DNA from: Anaeromyxobacter sp.
Lineage (GTDB): Bacteria > Myxococcota > Myxococcia > Myxococcales > Anaeromyxobacteraceae
Direction: 5' to 3'
DNA: 64,000 nucleotides
Assembly (NCBI GenBank): GCA_049840735.1
Contig: JASGJN010000019.1
Span: forward strand, 32,001 to 96,000
In this document: in pieces, positions 56,993 through 64,000 of the stretch
How positions within the stretch are numbered: the stretch's first letter is position 1
How the letters are laid out: each line of letters opens with the position of its first letter
Program-made: the position numbers and the translations under genes
Notes under the pieces: generated by a model
Databases searched by the model: none
What the model was told of the DNA's origin: nothing
The model's input: the letters and a program-made list of their open reading frames with translations, nothing else

Positions 56993-57151
56993 GGTCACCT
57001 CGGGCGGGAGCGGGTCCGCGCTCCGGCATACACCCACGCCGCCCGGTGGGCGACAAGTTCGGTGCCGGCTGGCACCGGCCTCCCCTGGAGGGTGAGCGGG
57101 CGGGCCCGCGCCGCCTCGCCGGCGCACGGCGGGCACGCTACAAGAGCGGGC

Positions 57152-59762
57152 ATGCTCGCCGCCCTCGTCGCCGTCGCGCTGGCCGCTGCCCCGCCCGCAG
57201 CGCCCACGCTCCACCTCCCCGCCGGCGTCACGCCGCTGCGGGGCCAGCTGGACCTGGTGATCGATCCGGCCAGCCCGCGCCACGGCGGCGAGGCCCGCTA
57301 CGCGGTGAAGCTGGACGCGCCCGCGGCGGTGCTCTGGCTCCACGCCGAGGAGGAGCTGGAGATCGGGCGCGCGTCGGTGGCCGGGGTGCAGGCGCGGGTG
57401 ATCCGCGCCAGGGGCGGGTTCCTCGGCCTGGCCCTGCCCAGGCCGGCGCCGGCCGGCGAGGTGGAGGTCCGGATCGCCTTCACCGGCAGCGTAGACCGCG
57501 TGCGCAGCCGCGGGCTCTACGCCGTCGAGGAGCGCGGGGCCTGGTACGCCTACACCTTCTTCGAGCCGGTGGACGCGCGCCGCGCCTTCCCGTGCTTCGA
57601 CGAGCCCTGGGCCAAGATCCCCTGGCGCCTCTCCATCCGCGTCCCGGCCGGCCAGCGGGCGCTGGCCAACGCGCCGGTGGCCTCGGAGGCGCCGGAGGCG
57701 AGCGGGGTGCGGGTCACCTTCGCCGAGACCAGGCCGCTCCCCAGCTACCTGGTGGCCTACGTGGCCGGACCGTTCGAGCTGGTGCCCGGCGGCGCCGGCG
57801 GCGCGGCCCACGTGCCGGTCCGGTTCATCGTGCCCCGCGGCCGCGGGCCGGAGACGGCGTACGCGGCCCAGGTCACCGGCCGGATGATCGACCTGCTCGA
57901 GCAGGCCACCGGCGTGCCCTATCCCTACGAGAAGTGCGACGTGGCGGTGGTCCCGCGGTTCTGGGGGACCATGGAGCACCCCGGCCTCGTGGCGCTGGGC
58001 CAGCCGCTCACGTTCGATCCGCCCGGAGGACGACGGGCGCGAGCGGCGGGAGCGCTACGCCAACATCGCCATCCACGAGCTGGCCCACCACTGGTTCGGC
58101 GACCTGGTCACCATGGCCTGGTGGGACGACACCTGGCTCAACGAGTCGTTCGGCTCCTGGGTGGACGCCCCGGTCACCGAGGCGCTCGACCCGGGCTGGC
58201 GGCACCTGGCGGAGGCGCAGGCCGACCGGCGCGCCGCGGCGCTCCAGGCCGACGCGCAGCGCTCGGTGAAGCGCATCCGCGAGCCGGTCGCCTCGGCGCA
58301 CGACATCGAGGGCTCCTTCGACAACGCCATCACCTACGACAAGGGCGCCTCGGTGCTGGCCATGATCGAGGCCTTCGTCGGCCGCGAGCGGTTCCGTGCG
58401 GCGGTGACGCGCCACCTGCAGGCCAGGGCCCACGCCGCCGCCACGGCCGAGGACCTCTACGCGGCCTTCGGCGCCGAGCTGGGGCCGGAGGTGGCCGCCG
58501 CGCTGCGCGCCTTCGTGGAGCAGCCGGGCGCGCCGCTGGTCCGGGTGGAGGCGCGCTGCCAGGGCGCGCCGGCGGCGCACGTCACGCAGGCGCGGTTCCT
58601 GGCGGACGGCGGCGCGGGGCCGGGGCGCTGGCGGCTGCCGCTGTGCCTGAAGCTGGGCGCCCAGGGGCGGCCGGACGCGACGGTGTGCGGCTGGGCGGAC
58701 GGCGCGGAGGTCGAGCTGCCCCTGCCGTTCTGTCCGGAGTGGCTCTGGCCCAACGCCGGCGGCACCGGCTACTGGCTCTCGGCGCTGCCGGCGGAGGGCC
58801 TGGCCGACCTGTCCGGCCGGCTCACCGCGCAGGAGCAGCTCGCGCTCGCCACCGACGCGCGGCTCCTGGCCCGCCGCGGCGACCTGCCGGTGGACGGGAC
58901 GCTGGCGCTGGGGCTCAGGCTGGCGGCTTCGGAGGACCGGCTGGTGCTGCGCGCCGGGCGCCGGCTGCTGGGGCTGGTCGACCGTGGCGGCCTGTCGCCG
59001 GACGACCGGGCGCGGCTGCGGCAGCTCCACCTGACGGTCTTCGGCCCGCGGGCGCGCGCGGCCGGGTGGCTGCCCAGCCCCGGCGAGAGCGACGAGCAGC
59101 AGGCGCTGCGCCGCGAGCTCGTGGAGGCTGCCGCCGGGAACGGCGAGGACCCGGCGCTGGAGGCCGAGGCGCGCCGGCTGGCGGAGCGGTGGCTGGCCGA
59201 TCGGCGCGCGGTGCCGGCGGACGTGGCGCCGGTGGCGCTGGGCGTGGCGGCGCGGCGCGGCGACGCCGCCCTGTTCGACGCGCTGCTGGACGGCGCCGCG
59301 CGCGCCCGCGACGGCCACGATCGCACCACCCTGCTCCGGGGGCTGGGCGCGTTCCGGGCCCCGGCGCTGGTCCGGCGCGCGCAGGCGCTGCTCGTCCCGG
59401 CGCCTGGCGCGGCGCCGGCGTTCGACCTGCGCGACACGCTCCCCATCCTCCACCAGCAGCTGGCCGAGCCCGAGACGCAGGCGCTGGCCTGGGGCTTCCT
59501 CACCACGCACTGGAAGGCGCTCTCCTCGCGGCTGCGCGGCGACGAGGGGCAGTGGCTGGTGGTCTCCGCCGCCCGCCTGGCCTGCGACGCCTCGCAGCGC
59601 CGGGCGGTGGCCGGCTTCCTGACCCCGCGTGCGGCCCGCTTCGACGGCGCGCCGCGCGCGCTGGCGGTGGCGCTGGAGGAGGCCGACGCCTGCGCCGCCG
59701 CGCGTCGCAGGAACGGGCCGGCGGTGTCGGCCTTCCTGGCGCGGGAGGCGGGAGGGAAATGA
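57152..59762 (+). CDS. M1-family aminopeptidase with ERAP1-like C-terminal domain (frameshift ~58017)
   Basis: ARRAFPCFDEP, GTMEH, HELAHHWFG..WLNES, TYDKG. Confidence 0.9.
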
Positions 59763-59792
59763 AACAGGGAGGCGGACCGGCCGCCTCCCTGT
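59762..59792. terminator. Hairpin terminator between convergent genes
   Basis: acagggaggcgg-accgg-ccgcctccctgt, with a short T run on the minus strand. Confidence 0.55.
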
Positions 59793-59817
59793 CGCTGCAG
59801 TCAGTCCCGAGGCGTGG

Positions 59818-62082
59818 TCACGGCGACGACAGCCCGTACCCCGCCGGATAGGCGTACGCGCCGTTCTCGGTGAAGGCGATGGTCTCCGCGGTGCCCCAGC
59901 CCCAGACCGTGATGTTGAACGGCGCGGTGCTGTAGGCCTCGTGCGGGCCGGCGCCGCAGCTGCCGACGGCCTGGAAGTCGCCGGTCAGCAGATCGACGCG
60001 GGTCCACTCGTGGTCCGTGCCCAGGGCCGTCCAGCCGGAGAGCGCGCCCGCGCAGTCCAGCTCGACGTCGGCGAACTGCCCGTCGCCGCCGCGGCTCCGC
60101 ACCACCACGAGGTTGGCCTCGGGGAAGTTGGGGTCGATCTGGAAGCGCACGTCGCGCAGGTACTGGCGGGTGGGCGCGACCAGCGCCAGGGCCGGGTCGC
60201 CGGAGCCGGGGGCGCCGGTGGCCAGGGCGCCGCTCATGGCCTGCAGCAGGATGAAGGCGTGGTCCTGGTCCTGGCTCTGCACCACGAACGGGGTGGCGCT
60301 GGAGAAGGTGGCGTGCTGGCCAGCGTGGATGGAGGTGGGGGCGCCGGCGGGGGCCGACGGGGTGTAGGTGAGCGTGGTGTTGTTGGCCGTGGCGGTGAGG
60401 AAGTAGTACGCCCTGTCGTTGTCCGCGCGCGGCCGGTACATCGCGGCGGCGTAGGTGCTGCCCAGCGCCTGCACGCGCGGGATGGCCACCTCGAGGTGCT
60501 GGCAGTAGCTGGTCGCGGAGGGGATCTGCGCGCAGGGCGACCCGGCCAGCAGCGAGACCGGCTGATCCGAGGTGATCACCGAGCCGGAGAGGTCGCCGGT
60601 GGAGCTGAGCTGCAGGAGCTGGCCGGCGCTGAGCGTCACGGCCAGCGTGGCGCCGGCCGCGGTGGCGGGCACGGTCCCGCCGGCCGCGATGGCGGCGGTG
60701 GGCACGACCTGCACGTGCGTGGCGTCGGTGCCGGCCACGATGTCCAGCGCGCCGTTGGAGACGGTCTTCGGGCCGGCGGTGGCGGCCATGTGGTTGGTGC
60801 CCCAGGCGTGCGCCGGCAGGAGGATGGTGGCGCCGGTGATGGAGCCGCCCAGGATCCAGGGCGCGGTCTGGTAGGCCGCCACGGGCGCGTCGGTCCGGAT
60901 CCGGAAGGCGCGGCCGACGCCGGAGCCGGCCACCTGCGCGCCGGTGGGCTTGGTGGTGACGATGCCGGCGGGGCAGGCGCTGGCGCCGGAGGCGTCGTTC
61001 CCGGCCAGGAAGACCACCGCCGCCTGGCCGGGGGCCAGCCCGCTGGAGGGATCGTAGCTGGCGAGCGTCATGCCGGTGCCGACGCCGGCGGGGACGCGGG
61101 TGAAGGGGGCGGCGTCGACGACGGCGCCGGCCTGGTCGGTGACGGTGAGGTGCACCGGTGCGGACCAGGTGTTCACCACGGTCACGCCCAGGCAGGCGTT
61201 GGCGAGGTAGGTCTCCATGGCCACCGGGGAGAAGTCGCAGCCCACGCTGGTGTTGGCGGCGGCGGCGGCGTCGCAGCCGGCCTCGCAGGTGACGGTGGCG
61301 GGGGAGCAGGCGTCGCCGGAGCTGCAGGCCTCGACCACCTCGGTGCCGCCGCAGCCGACCGTGGCGCGGCCGTCGGCGCTGCAGGAGAGCGGGCAGATGC
61401 CGGCGGAGGCGGTGCCGGTGGCCTGCCGCGGCCCGGCGGTGCCGGTGACGCTCAGCTCGACGGTGCCGGAGTGGCCGGCCAGGAAGGAGACGGAGGCGGT
61501 GTCCTGCCCGGCGGTGATGACGCCGCCGGTGATGGTCCACGCGTAGGAGACGCCGGTCTGCGGCGGCACCGAGGCGGTGTAGGCCAGGGTGGGGCTGACG
61601 GCGTCGGGCATGGTGATCACGGGCGTCACGGGCACGATGTCGGCGCAGGAGGCGGTGCCGTCGTCGCAGCGCTGGCCGGCGTCGCAGGTGTCGATCACCG
61701 CGCCGCCGCAGCCGGCCACGGCCAGGTGATCGGCGCTGCAGGCGAGGGCGCAGACGCTGGCGGAGGCGGAGCCAGTGGCGGTCTTGCCGCCGAGGGTGAC
61801 GGCGCAGCTCGCGGTGACGCTGCTGCCGGTGCCCGCGGTGAAGACCACGCTGGTGGTGCCCTGGCCGGCCGTGATGGTGCCGCCGGTCATGGACCAGGCG
61901 TAGGTGGCGTTGCCCTGCGCGGCCACGGAGGCGGTGTACCCACCCACGGTGGCGGACACCTGCGCCGGCAGGGTGACGACCGGCGTGCTGGGGCCGGTGG
62001 TGGGCGGGGGCGGCTTGGCGCAGGCGGCGAGGGCGAGCGCCGCGAGGGCGGCAAGGACGCGCTGGAGGCGAAGGGCGTGCAT
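59818..62082 (-). CDS. Lipoprotein with PKD-like repeats and IgGFc-binding-type domain
   Basis: LAAC lipobox; two YAW..TGG.ITAGQ.T repeats; SVGCDF, ATILLP..WG..., YAYPAG. Confidence 0.7.
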   Translation of the reverse strand: MHALRLQRVLAALAALALAACAKPPPPTTGPSTPVVTLPAQVSATVGGYTASVAAQGNATYAWSMTGGTITAGQGTTSVVFTAGTGSSVTASCAVTLGGKTATGSASASVCALACSADHLAVAGCGGAVIDTCDAGQRCDDGTASCADIVPVTPVITMPDAVSPTLAYTASVPPQTGVSYAWTITGGVITAGQDTASVSFLAGHSGTVELSVTGTAGPRQATGTASAGICPLSCSADGRATVGCGGTEVVEACSSGDACSPATVTCEAGCDAAAAANTSVGCDFSPVAMETYLANACLGVTVVNTWSAPVHLTVTDQAGAVVDAAPFTRVPAGVGTGMTLASYDPSSGLAPGQAAVVFLAGNDASGASACPAGIVTTKPTGAQVAGSGVGRAFRIRTDAPVAAYQTAPWILGGSITGATILLPAHAWGTNHMAATAGPKTVSNGALDIVAGTDATHVQVVPTAAIAAGGTVPATAAGATLAVTLSAGQLLQLSSTGDLSGSVITSDQPVSLLAGSPCAQIPSATSYCQHLEVAIPRVQALGSTYAAAMYRPRADNDRAYYFLTATANNTTLTYTPSAPAGAPTSIHAGQHATFSSATPFVVQSQDQDHAFILLQAMSGALATGAPGSGDPALALVAPTRQYLRDVRFQIDPNFPEANLVVVRSRGGDGQFADVELDCAGALSGWTALGTDHEWTRVDLLTGDFQAVGSCGAGPHEAYSTAPFNITVWGWGTAETIAFTENGAYAYPAGYGLSSP

Positions 62083-62328
62083 GGAGAGGCTCCTGGCCTT
62101 TCTTTTTACGCTTCGTGCTGGGACTGTTCGTCCACTGTCACGCTCCGTTGCAGGTCCGTCAAGGCGCCATGCGCGGTGCACGCGCATGCGCGGGCGCGGA
62201 GGTGGGCATACTGGCGGTGCGGCACCCACACGCCGCCGCCATCGCGCGCTGCGGCATGGGGCGGAGGGCGACGGCGCGACAAATCGCCCAGCGGGCGCTT
62301 GCTTCACGAATAGTGCGTTGTCGCGTTC

Positions 62329-62417
62329 CCGTTCGCCCTGAGCGTAGGGCCTGCGTCAACAGGCCCGGAGTCGAAGGGCTGGGGGCCGCCGGGGAGCGGC
62401 GGCGGAGTCGAAGGCCA
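62329..62417 (+). repeat. REP-like element plus a partial second copy downstream of ftsK
   Basis: ccgttcgccctgagcgtag-ggcctg..caggccc-ggagtcgaagggc, then ggagtcgaaggcc. Confidence 0.85.
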
Positions 62418-62447
62418 GGAGTCCTGGCGGCCTCGCTCCGCTACGCC

Positions 62448-64000
62448 CTACACGTTCGGCACCGGCGAGGTCTCGCCGATGGGCCGGATCAGCACCTGGC
62501 GCGGCTTCACGCCGTTGGCGGGGCCGACGATCCCCTCGCGCTCCATGCGCTCGATGATCTTGGCGGCCTTGTTGTAGCCGAGCCGCATCTCGCGCTGGAG
62601 CTTGGAGACCGAGACCTCCTCCATCCGCGAGACCAGGTCGATGGCCTGGTCGTAGACCGGATCGTCCTCGTCGTCCCCGCCGCCGCGGTCGCCGTTGCCC
62701 TCGCGCGCCTTGAGGATCGACTCGTCGTAGACCGGGCGCCCCTGCTCCTTCAGGTAGGCGACCACGCGGTGCAGCTCCTCCTCCGAGACGAAGGCGCCCT
62801 GCACGCGGGTGATGGGCTGGGTGGCGGTCAGGATCAGCATGTCGCCGTCGCCCAGCAGCGTCTCGGCCCCGGGGCCGTTGATGATGGTCTGCGAGTCGTG
62901 GCGCGAGGCCAGGCGGAAGGAGATGCGGGCCGGGAAGTTGTTCTTGATCATGCCCGTCACCACGTCGGTGGACGGGCGCTGCGTGGCCACGATCAGGTGG
63001 ATGCCGGTGGCGCGGGCCTTCTGGGCCAGGCGGGCCAGCGAGATCTCCACCTCGCGCGGCGCGGTCATCATGAGGTCGGCCAGCTCGTCGATGACCACCA
63101 CGATGTAGGGCAGCTTCTGCGGCAGCTTCTTCTCGTCGCGCGCCGCCACCGGGTCGGCGGGCGGCGGGGCGGTGGGGTCCTCGAACTCGGGCGAGGGGGC
63201 CAGCTCGGCCTTGCGCGCGGTCTCCTCGGGGTAGAGGTCGAACCGCTTCGGCTCGAGCGAGCGCCACCCGCCGTCGGCGGGCGCCTCGGCGCCGGTGCCC
63301 TCGGCCTCGGCGGCCGCCTCGGCCGCGGCCCGGGCGGCGGCCTCCTCCTCGCTCTCACCGGCGGTGACGTCCACCACCACCAGCTTCTTGTGCGGGAGGG
63401 CGTCCTTCTCCTCCAGGCCATGCCCCTCGGCGCGAGCCTTCTCGACCTTGCCGTTGTAGCTCTTGAGGTCCTTGGAGCCGGTGTCGGCCAGGACCTGCGT
63501 GCGCCGCTCCATCTCGTCCACGGCCCACTGCAGGGCGCGGGCGGCCTTCTGCGGATCCGTCACCACCGGCAGCAGCAGGTGCGGGATGTCCTCGTAGGCC
63601 GACAGCTCGGTCATCTTCGGGTCCACCATGATCATCCGGACCTCGGCCGGCGTCTGCCGGTAGAGCATCGAGAGGATCATGGTGTTGAGGCCGACCGACT
63701 TGCCCGAGCCGGTGGTGCCGGCGATGAGCAGGTGAGGCATCTTCTGGAGGTCGACGCAGTAGGGGATGCCCTCGATGTTCTTGCCCAGGCCCAGCGGCAG
63801 GAACCCGCCGGCGCCGGCGAAGGACTCGGACTCCAGGATGTCGCGCAGCCAGACGGTGGCGCGGTCCTTGTTCGGCACCTCGATGCCCACCACGCCCTTG
63901 CCCGGGATCGGCGCGATGATGCGGATCCGCGTGGCGCTGAGCGCCATGGTGAGCTCCTTGTCGAGGTTCTCGATCCGGGCCAGCTTCACGCCGGCCACCG
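62448..64000 (-). CDS. ftsK: DNA translocase FtsK (motor and gamma domains; 5' part outside window)
   Basis: PHLLIAGTTGSGKS, IDELADLM, ATQRPS, LGYNKAAKII. Confidence 0.96.
   Translation of the reverse strand, partial: VAGVKLARIENLDKELTMALSATRIRIIAPIPGKGVVGIEVPNKDRATVWLRDILESESFAGAGGFLPLGLGKNIEGIPYCVDLQKMPHLLIAGTTGSGKSVGLNTMILSMLYRQTPAEVRMIMVDPKMTELSAYEDIPHLLLPVVTDPQKAARALQWAVDEMERRTQVLADTGSKDLKSYNGKVEKARAEGHGLEEKDALPHKKLVVVDVTAGESEEEAAARAAAEAAAEAEGTGAEAPADGGWRSLEPKRFDLYPEETARKAELAPSPEFEDPTAPPPADPVAARDEKKLPQKLPYIVVVIDELADLMMTAPREVEISLARLAQKARATGIHLIVATQRPSTDVVTGMIKNNFPARISFRLASRHDSQTIINGPGAETLLGDGDMLILTATQPITRVQGAFVSEEELHRVVAYLKEQGRPVYDESILKAREGNGDRGGGDDEDDPVYDQAIDLVSRMEEVSVSKLQREMRLGYNKAAKIIERMEREGIVGPANGVKPRQVLIRPIGETSPVPNV

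Noticed and set aside
55898..59851. Very long alternative ORFs (1317 aa here; also 6247-8379, 28201-30885, 59629-62313)
   Set aside because: Arg/Gly/Pro-rich off-frame or antisense shadows of real genes in high-GC DNA.
63120..63440. Intein or mobile insertion in the FtsK motor domain
   Set aside because: The insert is a low-complexity acidic Ala/Pro loop without intein terminal residues.

Overview
High-GC myxobacterial-type DNA; gene content suggests an Anaeromyxobacter-like member of Myxococcota (inference). 1-20.5 kb: a T6SS-type polymorphic toxin/immunity region. It has two complete modules of [thiolase/KS-fold PRK06147-like protein lacking the catalytic Cys, ATGA-coupled to an AHH nuclease] + Imm11-like + Imm49-like genes. 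It also has an orphan truncated-toxin/immunity cassette bounded by ~88-bp direct repeats, a mosaic scar of four paralogous gene fragments, and a TIGR02270-like gene. A kinase-NTPase/PEGA/Cys-rich/RCC1 operon sits between the two modules. 20.5-33.6 kb: second kinase/PEGA/Ig-lipoprotein set, FHA-lytic transglycosylase, tssH (clpV), tagH-like FHA gene and a lipoprotein. 33.7-35.8 kb: ~9.4 x ~217-bp tandem array built from inverted REP-like hairpin elements; the same element family is dispersed through the window, twice inside genes. 35.8-64 kb: mostly core genes (HU, nuoEF-JK, plsY, a di-heme peroxidase/porin/FMN-binding/ApbE operon, ompA-like, carbonic anhydrase, SDRs, M1 aminopeptidase, ftsK). 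Many genes carry single-base frameshifts, often in short homopolymers, most likely long-read assembly errors, so several CDS boundaries were rebuilt by eye. All family names come from motif recognition, not database searches.
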